The notes under the pieces were generated by a model. It was not told the origin of the DNA. It saw nothing but the letters and a program-made list of their open reading frames with translations, and made no database searches. A stretch of DNA of 64,000 nt from the NCBI RefSeq assembly GCF_006345805.1, contig NC_042999.1:130882001-130946000 (forward strand). Direction: 5' to 3'. This stretch comes from Octopus sinensis. Taxonomy: Eukaryota. The stretch's first letter is position 1; each line of letters starts with the position of its first letter. A program made the translations under genes and the position numbers. Shown piece by piece: positions 47,690-59,899 of this stretch.

Positions 47690-48540
47690 AAATTTCCGTG
47701 CCAACAGCACGAGGGCCAGTCAGGCAACAACCTGTATGGGAGCCAGTCCGGTGACACTGGCAACAACCATGCTTGAATGTTGTTTTTCATGTGCCGGCAA
47801 CAACCACACTCAAATGGTGCTTTTACATGCCACAGGCATGGAAGCCAATCCATGGCCCTAGCAACGATCATGCTTGGATGTGCTTTTAACGTTCCACAGG
47901 CACGAGGGCCAATCAGGCGGTACTGTCATTGGCCACGTCAACGATTTTGATTTGATTCACTTGCTTTAGTAGGTCTTTGCAAGCCAAGTTTATTTTCCAA
48001 TGAATGAGGGGTACTCATAAGTGGGCTGGTTACATGCACTGGTATAGGCCACAGGCTATGGTCTCACTTGGCTTGCTGAGTCTTCTCAAGCAAAGCATAT
48101 CTCCAAAGGTCTCAGTCACTAGTCGTTGTCTCAGTAAGGCCCAATGTTCAAGGGTCATGCTTCACCACCTTATCCCAGGTCTTCCTCTTCCACAGGTTCC
48201 CTCAACTGTTACTGTGTGACACTTTTTCACACAGCTGTCCTCATTCATTCACAACACATGACCATACCAGCGTAGTCTCTCTTGCACACCACATCTGATG
48301 CTTCTTAAATCCAACTTTTCTCTCAGGGCACTTACACTCTGTCGTGTATGCATACTGACATTACACATCCAGCGGAGCATACTGACTTCCTTCCTTGCAA
48401 GCTTACGCATGTCCTCAGCAGTCACAGCCCATGTTTCACTGCCATGTAGCATGGCTGTTCGTACACATGCGTCATACAGTCTACCTTTTACTCTGAGCGA
48501 GAGGCCCTTTGTCACCAGCAGAAGTGGGAGCTCTCTGAAC
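47690..48540 (-). mobile_element. RTE-clade LINE fragment with 3' UTR (family of 21999-23748)
   Basis: MTKGLSLRVKGRLYDACVRTAMLHGSETW...LRWYGHV. Confidence 0.92.
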
Positions 48541-48544
48541 TATG

Positions 48545-49739
48545 GCCATTTACCAAATTTATGTTAATTTTCACTGTTTCAAATTATTAAAACTCATGTA
48601 AACAAGAAAATATCAATGTGTGTGATGTACATACTGAAATGAACACAGTCATCAACATGCAAAAAATAGAACAAATATAGTGTTCAAAAATGATAGAGGA
48701 GCTGGTTAGTAAGGGATATATGAGCCTTTGTTTGAAATAAGTTGGAAAAGGCACAGGTCCATGGAACTTGCTAGTTTCTAGATCTCTGATGTTATGCCAC
48801 GTGATACATATCACTATTGCCTTCCACAGTTCATTCTCACTCCTAAATTGGCATCCTTTCTCGTAAACTCGTTGCTTTAGAATACTCCACAAGATTTTCT
48901 TTTGTTTTTAAATCTGGGGAACAGGCAGGCCACTTCATTTTCCAAGGTCCACAGAAGCCTAATTGTTGCAGATAATCTGTAGTTTTCTTCGCTGAGTGTG
49001 AGGGCGCATTATCTTACATGAATATTATGGTTATCTTGAAGGTGATCCTTTGTTTTTTTAACCAAGGTTCAAGGTACCTCCCTTTGAAAGGTTATGTAAG
49101 CATCCACATTCATTTTAAGTCAGGCACTTTCCAAGGACCAACTATATCTCCAATAATCCTTCCCAAATTATGATACCTCCTCCCTCTTGTTGGTGTCTCA
49201 AGCGTTGATGACAATCTTGTCGATTTACAACCCATCCTTTGCTCGACCATCAGGCCCATCAAGGGTAGCACGAGTTTTATCCATAAACCAAACCTTTGAA
49301 AAATCAACCTTCATGTTATCTTCTGTCCATTTCAGATAATTTTGCATGTGTATTTTGTTTAAAGGAGACCTTTTAACTTATGTCACTGGTCTAACAACCT
49401 CTTTCAGAAGACAACATCGGTTAGTTTTGGACACAGTTGTTTTGCCAATGCACTTGAAAAGTTCTCTACTTGTTAGACCTGGGTTCTTTACAGCTTCACG
49501 CTAAAATTGAGAAATAGCCCTCAACTCACCCTTGTCAGCTCTCTTACATATCTTTGTAGAGGCTGTAACAAATTTTTTTCACAGGTTGGTGATATCTTCC
49601 AATTATTTTAGATATTTCTAATATTGATTTATCCTTTGCAAGTTCAGAAATAATAACAGATTTCTCTGAAGCAGTTAAGTCATATTACAACCCATAATTA
49701 CACAATTATCAAACCACTTGTTAATAATTTGGAGCACTG
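48545..49739 (-). mobile_element. Degraded Tc1-family transposon
   Basis: cagtgctccaaattatt TIR-like start on minus strand at 49739; ENLWSILKQRVYEKG...NELWKAI C-terminus and KGSYIPY end. Confidence 0.8.
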
Positions 49740-50620
49740 AAAGTTTGTGGAAATCATGCAAATGGCTGCAGTGTTTACACTTGTGCAAAACCTCACACTT
49801 TTTACACACCAGACACATATAACTGTTGCCATCATTCTGTCGAAATTTCTTTGAATTCCAACGAGTAGTTTTTAAATAAGATAAAAAATATTACGTTGTG
49901 AATAATTTGAAATGCAGTGTATATATAAATAAAATGTGTTGACATATCTCAGGAAACATGGATAGAATGTAGCAGGATAACACCGTTAGTAGGAGAGGTT
50001 AGGAAAGACAATAAAGTACAAAAAGGTATAAAGTTTTCTCTGATAGGTTTTTAGATATAAAATAGATAGTTAGATGTTTCAATACTGCCAACACTGTAAA
50101 GGGAATTTTTCCACCTGGATACTTGTGAGTAGGGATGAATGCTGTCAACCTCAGTAGTACAGAGGCACACTTCATTAGGAAACACATTTACTGCTTCCAA
50201 GAGTATTAATCAACACAAACCAACATTAAATAAACTAAGGAAATAAAAAAAATGTCTAAAGAATCTTTGATTTGAAAGCACTCACGACAAAATAAACTAA
50301 CACCCAGCAACAAGGCTCATTCTAGGTTACATGTCTTATGTAGGGTAATCTATTTATCTGTCAATCGATCTACCTACTTTTATATCCAAAAACCTATTAT
50401 AGAAAACCTCATACTTTCTTGTACTTTACTGCCTTTGTCTTTTATCTTCTTTGTCTTTCCTAACCTCTCCTACTAACAACATTATCCTGTTTATCTTACT
50501 ATATATATTTGTGTAGGTATGTATTTATGTGTATTTTATTTATATATATGGTCCTTACTATGTTACCTAAAAATGCTTGTATCTAAAAATGGGATGTGGT
50601 GAGGTAAAAAAGAAACTTAC

Positions 50621-50675
50621 GTCAGACTCAGAATCAGTATCAAGAGTTCTCTTAGAAAAGTGATTTTTGTAAAAT
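50621..50675 (-). CDS. Candidate 55-nt coding exon (FYKNHFSKRTLDTDSESD) of unidentified host gene
   Basis: gttttgttctgatcatag|...|gtaagt; open protein-like frame (phase 2 to 0). Confidence 0.45.
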
Positions 50676-51149
50676 CTATGATCAGAACAAAACATTTTGT
50701 TGACCTCTTTTATTGCTTGTTGAATAAATGTAATATTTCAATCAAAACCGGTCCAAACCTTATTGAACAGATACTTTTTTTTTACATTATTTATATACTT
50801 TTTTTTCGTTTGCAAATTCACTTGATCAATATAGTTTTATAAATCTCTTAATGGTTGCCAATCTGGATTCAGAGATTTATGGCCTAAGTTATTGACTCTC
50901 TGGGATGTGATATACTACATATCAATACCGCAAATAGTTATTACATTTTTTTCTACTGCTACAGAATTTATTGTCTGACCCTTTATTTATTGTGAACTCC
51001 TCAAAACTTAGCATATCAACTAATATATTTCAGCTCACTGGTATTCACAACTTAACTTTGATTAGTGTTTTCATGTTAGTGTATAGAAACATAAGAGCTG
51101 TTAAAAGCAGCAGGAAGAGTCAGTGTAATTAATACTTCTTAAAGTATTT

Positions 51150-52100
51150 AGTTCTTAAAATATTTTGATTGTGAAGAAATCTGATATCCTTAATAACTAT
51201 CACAGCAACACTATTGCCAACTCTTACACATATGTACTGAAGATGTACCAAGGAAGAGAGCACTTATAAGTACAACACTTTAATGGATCAAATTATCAAG
51301 GAAATAGAAGAGTTATAATAGGAATAAAGTTTTAGTGGTAATTCATTTTGATTGGAGGGACCAAGTAGATTTATCTTGGATGGAATCAATAAAATAGCAA
51401 AAACGGATACAATATAGTGTGGGTTTGTACTAGGATGTAACAACAGATACTATTTTTCCTGAGAAAAAATAGCAAGAACAGGATCTGTATTTGGTAGGCA
51501 ATGAAAAAAGAGATGAATAATCATCTATGAGAGATGGGTTAAGTAAAAGGATATGAGAATCAAGAGTAAGATCAATGGTAAATTTAGTGTACAAATTCAC
51601 ATCATTGTTAGCTGTCTTGTCTTGAATTTGAGGCCATCATGAATGAAATTAAAACAGGATGTTACTGTTCGCATGGTAGTACCAATCCAAGAATTGCACA
51701 AAATATTTAGTACTTGGAATGGAGAAATATAGTAATTTAACTAGATAGTAGTTAGTAAAAGGACAACAAAAATCAATACCATGAAAAAAGTGTATAGGGA
51801 TCTGTGACAGGTTGACTGGAGAATGCACTGGGATAGTATGAACAGCATAGACAATTGTGAATGTTCACTACTAGTAGAAGAAAGCTTTGCTGTGTAGGTG
51901 ATGTAATTTAGTTCTGCAGTGATTTTGAGTGATAACATAATGGCTATGACCGCAAGAGATGGGAGACATTTTGTAAATACCCACATAGAAAAAGTTGAAG
52001 AGTATCTTTCCATACAAAAGAGAAAACTATAAGAATTATATGTAAAATGTGACACTATACAACAATGAAACATAGGTAATGAATATTGAGTACTTATAAT
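51150..52100 (-). mobile_element. Highly degraded LINE-like remnant
   Basis: Purine-rich plus strand similar in character to the CR1/L2 relic at 54-57 kb; no clear ORF. Confidence 0.3.
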
Positions 52101-52499
52101 GATTAGAGAGGAACTTATGGGATATAACAATACACTGCATGTGCAGAGTCAAATAAAGGGTGAATTTATGTCATGGAAAAGGTGTTTAACTATTAAAGAC
52201 ATCAGCAAAAGAAACAGCAGCACTGGTATGGACATGTGATATCCTGGCTGAATAATTCTGAAAGTTGGTGATAAGAAGTACAAATGAGAGAGGTAGATTA
52301 AAAAAAATATGGAAACAAATTGGATCTGAAAATGTTACACATCAGAGATGAGATGGCACAGGGTCAAGATGCCTGGTGAAATACTGCATTGTAGATATAC
52401 ATAAATACACTAAGAGAAAAGACAAATATAAAAAGTTACAAGACCATAACTAAAAAAGGTACACCACAGTAAGTCTGTATTTCGCATATACATATTTAG

Positions 52500-53020
52500 G
52501 CACTAACTCCTTGAAAATAGCCCTCTTGTCAATAAAAGCAATCCCAGTGCAGAAGACAGTCCAATACCATCTGCAAATTCTCTTGAATTTCATCCATCAT
52601 CTTTAAGTAGTGCACTCTTCAGTATCAATTTCATTTTGAGAAATGGCAAAAATCACAAGGGTATAGGTTAGACACAAGAGCCAGCAGGCATACCTCACAG
52701 CAATGTGACACATATTCAGGTTTTTCACAAGTGTAGCCTGACAAACTCCATAACTGATTTCAATCATGTGAGAGACATTGGCATTTGTTTGGTGAGAGTC
52801 TTCATACATATTTTTCTACATTTTCTAGTGTCTTACAAGTGAACTGTTACTCTGAGCATGCATCATCTTGAACCAACACTTGACCAATCTTGAAACATGT
52901 GCCATGTGTTCATCTTAAAGAATATATACCTAACATTTCAAGACCTTGGTAGATTTACCAAGTTTCAGACAATATTTGAGTAGACCATGTTGCTCAAAAT
53001 GTTCAGTCATTGTAAAAACC
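52500..53020 (-). mobile_element. Mariner HTH-region relic
   Basis: EDSHQTNANVSHMIEISYGVCQATLVKNLNM resembles the mariner segments elsewhere in the window. Confidence 0.55.
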
Positions 53021-53029
53021 ACAGAACAC

Positions 53030-53480
53030 ATCATCATCATTTAATGTCCGCTTTCCATGCTAGCATGGGTTGGACAATTTGACTGAGGTCAGGTGAACTA
53101 GATGGCTGCACCAGACTCCAGTCTGACTTGGTAGAATTTCTACAGCTGGATGCACTTCCTAACGCCAACCACTCTGAGAGTGCTTTTACGTGCCACTGGC
53201 ACGAGGGCCAGTTAGGTGGTACTGGCAACGGCCACGCTCAAATGGTGCTTTTTATGTGCCACCTGCCCCGGAGCTAGTCCAGTGGCACTGGCAACGACTG
53301 CGCTTAAATGTTTTTTTTCACATGCCACCAGCACAAGTGCTAGTAAGGTGATGCAGGTAACAATCACGTTTGAATGGTGTCTTTTAATGTGCCATCAGCA
53401 CGGAGGCCAGCTTGTTGCTCTAGCAACCATCTCACTCGTATGGTAACCTTAGCACTCCACTCACACAGATGCCAGTCATC
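53030..53480 (-). mobile_element. RTE 3' UTR/tail fragment
   Basis: (cat)n, ctggatgcacttcctaacgcc, gtgccac units. Confidence 0.85.
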
Positions 53481-54299
53481 GAATTTGATAACAAAACTTC
53501 ACATAATAACTGAACATTAGTAGACAACACAAAGCCTACTCGTAGACTGGTCACAAATGATCAGCAGCTGTATGAGCATTTTTGTTGAATAGTATAATGA
53601 TGGCAAGAACAATCCAGAAACTTTCTGATAATGTCCCATATATTCGAATCAATTCACTCAATTATATACTTTTACATACCAAAATAGGCCATGAGCTCAG
53701 TCAAAAGAAATTATTAATAATAAATTGTGACAGTTGCTTTCAAAATCAATGACAGAAATATCACAATCATCACAGCTGATGATTGTGATATTCAATGGCC
53801 TTAACTAGAATTGATAGTCTAGTTTGCAAGAAAGCCATGAATACAATACAAGAAATGAAAACAGATTTAAAAGATTCTGGAGTTTTGCAATGCAAATGAC
53901 CTAACTATATACAACAAACTTCTGGAAGTCACTTATCAAGATAGCCATATATTATTTAGTTGGGCATGACAGTTAGATATTGTATTTAACAGAAAAGAAA
54001 ACAAGCAGATCTCTCCTAGGTGAGGAATGTATCACTTGGCAAGGATTAGGAAACATTTTAAAATGATTAGTGAATCCAGATAGGAGAGGCAGCACCCATG
54101 ACCTTTGTAGACTGATAAGACAGACATTCAGTTGGAAATTTTGTAGAAAAACTGATATGGAGGATATCCCAGAGGGTTACTTTTTGAGAAAGAATGACTA
54201 AAACATGATTAATACTTGTAAGTTAAGAGACAAATGCATCATGTGGATGGAGCCAAGTAATATGCAGCTTGCTTGTTTGGAGGAAAAAAGACCATTGTA

Positions 54300-57200
54300 A
54301 TAGCAGAGAAAGGAAATATTATGTGAGTTTGTAGTTGAAGCATGTTGGAGATTGCCTGGATATTAGGAAATGTAGTGGCAGTAGTCTCATAGATGTGAGA
54401 AGTATTCTAACATAGGTCACACCCAAGCTTTGAAGACAGCCAGTAATTGATCAGAACAGAGTAATTTTTTTAAGGTCCTCAAGAAGCAGCTTCATCTTGG
54501 TAATGTTAAAATGTGAGAAATCATCAAGAATTATGAGGCCTTGCATGTTTGGGGACTTTGAAGGTTTAGTTGTGTGTTGATATGTAGGGAAACTACTGAA
54601 GTACAAATATTTCTTTGCTGTAATAATTGTATCTTTTTGTTATTGGACAAGTATAGGTCATCATGTATACATTGAAATATTTTCCAGGTCTCCACTGTTT
54701 GTTTGTTGCAAGTAAATGAGGCTTGAATATAGTGTTAAGGGTCAAAGAGTGATACATCTGTACATGAGTGTATATGGTTAGCAGTTAACAGAGAGTAGGC
54801 AATTAATGTACAGAAGGAAGTATGTAAAATACATAAGCAAACTCTGGATTACATCTATGTTAACAGAATGTGTTTCCCAAAAGTTGCATCAGTGCATTCT
54901 GTAATACAGAAGATTGGTAGAAAATTCTGATGAAAGAAATGAGCGAGATGGTGATCACATCTGATAATTTCACATTCCAAAGTTAAAGGATTTTCTGATG
55001 TCAAGAACAACATAGCTTTTAGTCATATTCTGCTGGTGTGTAAGACGAGAAAGCAAGTCTCAGGTAGATTTTACTAAAAAAATTGCACTGGTGTCTACTA
55101 TGGAGGAAGACAAAGTCATGAAAGAGATGGATCTTTACAACTGTTTCAATCATCTTTAAATGTTAGAAGTGCAAGGCAGTTTTGGAGATGTTTCCTTTCT
55201 TAAGAATGATTCCTGTAGAAAATGATTAAACAATTTAGTGAGAATAGGAGTTTACTTTTAAACAAAGTGCATATAATGAAAAATAGAACATTAAGTTCTG
55301 GCATATTCTATTTGTTTTTATGGTGTTAATCAGAAGTAGACTGTCTCTGGCTCAAATGTTCTTACTGTTGTCAGGTTGATGTGGTCAGTATTCAGCCTCA
55401 AGTGCTGCAAGAAAAATGTGTAGGAATAGAATTCCAGGAGAGAGAGATTCTAAGGAAGGAATGGACATATTAATTAGTGTGGAAAGATACAGAATAACAA
55501 GAGAGATAGATGTACAAGGTAAACCTTTGTGGAAGAGGTATACAGATAACCAGCCCTGAGGAATAGAGATTAATAGTGACAAAATAGGCAGAGAGGAAAC
55601 CAGTGTAGGTCATTAATGTACAGGAAGAGTATGGAGCAACATAACCAAGCCCTGAGACACATCAGTGTGGATAGTGTTGGGTTAGACAGATCCCTGTGCA
55701 ATGCTGTGATTTGACAAGACACTTCTGAGCAAATAAAAAATAGTCAGATAAAGCCCACAGACAAGCAAGTTTAATCATATTTTGAATTGTAGTATGTTGG
55801 TGAGTTTTGCAAATCAGCTCAATGGGTTTTTTTTATTCATAAAAGTCGCTTCATTCCAGATGTAAGAGTAGTATTCCCTTGCAGGTCTCTCTTGAGTAGA
55901 GAGTTGGTAGCTATCCAAGGATGAAGAATTTTCTAGCTCTTAGGAAGAAAGCTATTCTTTTGCAAGATCTCTGAGAATCTTAATTGCATGTTGTCCAAAA
56001 CTAGGAAGCTGAGGTAGAAAATTGTTTCTTTAATATGTGTAGTATCTGTACTGTTGAAGTAAACAAGATTAATGTTTTTGAGAATTTTGCACATGAAAAC
56101 AGGCAAGCTGAACAAGATACATGCATGTCTTGGATGCATATGAATGATGCCCGTGTGCAAAAAGTTTACAAGTAATGAAGGGTATTTAATTTGTATAGGT
56201 TAATTAGGGGTGATGTTAAACAGATCATTAATGCACAGGAAGAATGTGCAGCAACATAACCTAGCCCTGAGACACATCAGTGTTGATAGTGTGGGTTAGA
56301 CAGACCCCTGTGCAATTTGACAAGACACTTTTGAGCATATAAAAACCATAGACAGGAAGTTTAATCAAATTTTCATGCCAATATCAGATGTCTTGCTGTT
56401 GTTAAATTTCTCAAGGGCCAGGGACTACTGGTGATTGACATGGGAGAGTCAGTCCCCAATATGTTTGTCTCAACAGAATTTATACTGGTGGTGACTTAGT
56501 TCATGTGATCAGAAAGGTTGCTTACTTGGAGATGGATACATTGTAGCAGGCTTTTAAAGATTAAAATAGATTTCTGTATGGAGAGAAAGATTGAAAATTT
56601 TGCAATGGATAGACACTAGCTCTGGGGTACTGCTTGAGGGTAATTAAAGGTATATTATCAGGGCTAGTGGTGTTGTTGATCTGAAGTAACTGAAGGTATT
56701 TTTGCATTTGATACATGTGTAGATGGTGAGAACAGGGGAATAGCAAAGGAAAGTCAGCAGAAAACATAGCTCTTCCCTTGGGATTACTGCTTACAGAATC
56801 ATTATGGCTGAGGAGTGGTAAAAAGGCACATTGGCAAGCAAGATACAGTGAAAATTGTGTAATGCACAAAGAGGCTTTATTGATGGAGAAAAGAAAAAAA
56901 CCTACCCAGTTGTCTTTTCTTTTTTTACAAGTGCGGTAGGCAATGTTCTGAGGTTCTACTGTGCATCTTCATATAAAACATTTAGTGGGTATGAGTTCTG
57001 ACTGTAGAAAATCATGCCCAAGAGAATGGTTTAAGTCACCTGCTTAAATGTCTTGGATGAAGCACATTTGCTGCCAGGAATAGTTAGAATATAACTGACA
57101 GAATGCCAAGCAGTTAGTTAATTAGAAGTGCCATAGGGTGTGGGAAGTTGCATATTGCGTGGCTTAGCTAAGTGTAGGATGATCCAGTAGGTACAGAGAT

Positions 57201-57600
57201 AGGGACAGTTTAAAGGTAAGAAAGATAATCAAAGATGTTTGGTGTGCCAATCAGATTCACTTGAATGAAAGATTTTGAGGAGGTGATGCTCGGAAGAGTT
57301 TGTTTTTTTTCCCCACACTTGGCCCTCATGTCTATATAGTGGTAACAAAGGAGGAACAGCAGAGAGTTTGAAAGGAATTTAGTCTGAGCATATGAGTAAA
57401 ATGGGTAGAAAATGCAATGACTTTGTCAATTATCTCAGTTGAGGAATGGCAGATTAGAGTTCTACATTGTTAATTATGACCACCTAGACAAGAGAGACCT
57501 TGTTGCAATTTGGGAGATGAGAAAGCTCGCAGACTGTGCATTGCACATGGAAATGGACATCATCTTGTAGCAGATAAAACTTCCCAAGAGTTGATGGAGG
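54300..57600 (-). mobile_element. Ancient CR1/L2/Jockey-like LINE with RT remnants and internal duplication (about 55610-55780 vs 56225-56370)
   Basis: LLQINNTTSPDNIPLITLK and DVSQG remnants; many stops. Confidence 0.6.
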
Positions 57601-58476
57601 GTGACTTTTTTGCAATCTAAGCATTAATCTTTACTTATAAAACTTGCAGCACTGCAATGAGTGAACCATATAAGTGCTTTAGTTGTATAAGGAATAGCGA
57701 AGAACACAGCTAAATATCAGGTGATTGGTGAAACATTTTCTATAGAATTGGCACCGAACCAACCAGTTAGCTGACTTGAAGTACCAAAGAATTCAGAAAT
57801 CAAGGGTTTTTTTTTTAACGAGGAGAGTTGTACTGATTACTGGCTTTGGTGATGAGAAAGCAGTCAAAAGTATTTTGAAGAGGGGTGTCAGTCAAGAATA
57901 TATATGAACTGAAGTTAAAATTAGCAAATGATTGGGACTTTGTTAATGTAGAAAGGATGCAAGTATTAAGGTTAGCAAGATGATAATTTCAGAGAGTATG
58001 TCCAAATAAATGAAGAATAGTCAAGTACAAACAATTGTGATTGGAGGAATTTGGAAAGTGATAAACACAGCATTTGAACTTACAAGAGATAAGTGATAGG
58101 GATTCTAGATGTGCAAAAACACCATCTTTTAGAAAGATGATGCAATATAAATGGAATGAAGTTTAGAGATATTGGGTAGAAGAGGGAGTGTTGTTAATTG
58201 AGAGTACAAGAATTGCTTATGTTGTTATGAGAATTGGCAAGTGTAAAGTGTTTTGGATATTATCTTAACCAAACAACACTGAAATACATTTAGTGATATC
58301 TAAAAGAAAATGCATTACTGTCCTTGATTGAGCAGACCTATAATCAAAGGTGTTCCAGACATTATCATCCTGTCTTTATCTAATATTCGATACTACATTA
58401 TCTTGGACACATACATCTTCACATATTAAGGACAGGCTTGCTAAAGAGAGGTGCTTCTTTCTAATAGTCCTTTTAG

Positions 58477-58546
58477 TGAAGACTACAAGCTGGATAGTAG
58501 AGAATTACTCAGCATGGATAACGAAGATACCTGTTGTCAATGTTAG
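58477..58546 (+). CDS. Candidate terminal coding exon EDYKLDSRELLSMDNEDTCCQC* (alternative readings exist)
   Basis: cttctttctaatagtccttttag| acceptor; stop at 58544-58546; AATAAA at 58751-58756. Confidence 0.22.
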
Positions 58547-59899
58547 CATCAGTATAGTTGGTAAGGCTATGAAAGAAAGACCGGAAAGCAACAGGTCCAA
58601 TAGAAATAGTAGCCAAAATGTTAATAGTATTTGATTATGTAAACCATATGTAAATTTTTCAATTAATGAGGTAGCAATATCAACTGTTACAAAGGCAACT
58701 GTCACAGACAGAGAGATGAAAAGTAATAATAGAGAACTCATGATTTGATAAATAAATTTTTACAGTGGCCAAATGAATTTTTAGCAAAATTAGTTCAGGA
58801 CAGTGTTAGCTTGCACAAGATACATCATTTTATATCCACACTTGGGATTTCTGAGTGCTTTACATATGGATGCCTTTCTTGTTAACTCTTATCACATGCA
58901 AAGACCATTTATGAAACCAAGATACACTAATTTAACAAGACAACTGCAAGAAAAAAAAAAAAAAAAAAAAAATCTGCATTTGCTGATCTGGCAAGTGACA
59001 AGTTCTATAGTCTGGCAAGTATATAAAAAAAAGGTATGGTTGACAAACAGCTAGTCATATATGCAGATGCTGTTAGCAAGGGGTGGGTTAGTAACCAGTT
59101 TAGAATACAAGCAGGTGTTCACTCTATATTCCCCACCCACTTTTTTCTATTCATTTATTATAGTCATCAGGGTAGAGACAACCAGGGACAACCAATGACC
59201 TAGTTCTAATAGCAGCATTTATCAAAGGATTTCAGAAAAAAGTTTCAACTAAGAAACAAACTAGTCCTAAGAGCAACATGGCCAAGATAAAGTGCAGGAG
59301 AGAGAGAGAGAGAGAGAGAGAACACTAAAACTCAACTAACAGTAGGAACATCATAAAGTGACCCAACAATTCCCTAGATATAGATGATAGTTGCAAAAAT
59401 ATAATAACTATAGGTAAGCGAGGGATAGAAGTTCAGGGAGCTGTTGTTCCTCTCAGCAACAAAGGGCTTCTCTCATGATTAAAAAGACTGCATAAAGAAT
59501 GTACAAGAAGATTTGAATAGAAGAGATGTGGGCATCAAATGCAGATGTTCAATGACAGACAGATAACATACATAAAGGTAAAGCACAAATGAGCCAAGAC
59601 ATTAGAAATTAATGACCTTAGCTAAAGTACACAAGAGTGTACGTATAATATGAACTGAATACTGAATGAAAATATGCCATGAACTCAGGGTAACAATAGG
59701 AAAGGGAAACTAAGGAACTTGTGGTCAGATTAGATCTGAGGACGCAGGGCCTCATAGAATAATTACAAGAGAGAGGCAATTGGCAATATATTGTGCAGTA
59801 TGTCAGTCCAACACACATCAGCATGGAAAAATACATGCTAAAGTGTGATGATAATGAATAGAAGATATAAAAGACTGAAAACTAATTTTCCAACTGATA

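Noticed and set aside
58505-58741. 78-aa hydrophobic ORF as a membrane or secreted protein
   Set aside because: Hydrophobicity is expected from T-rich codons; no recognisable family; conflicts with other readings of the same bases.
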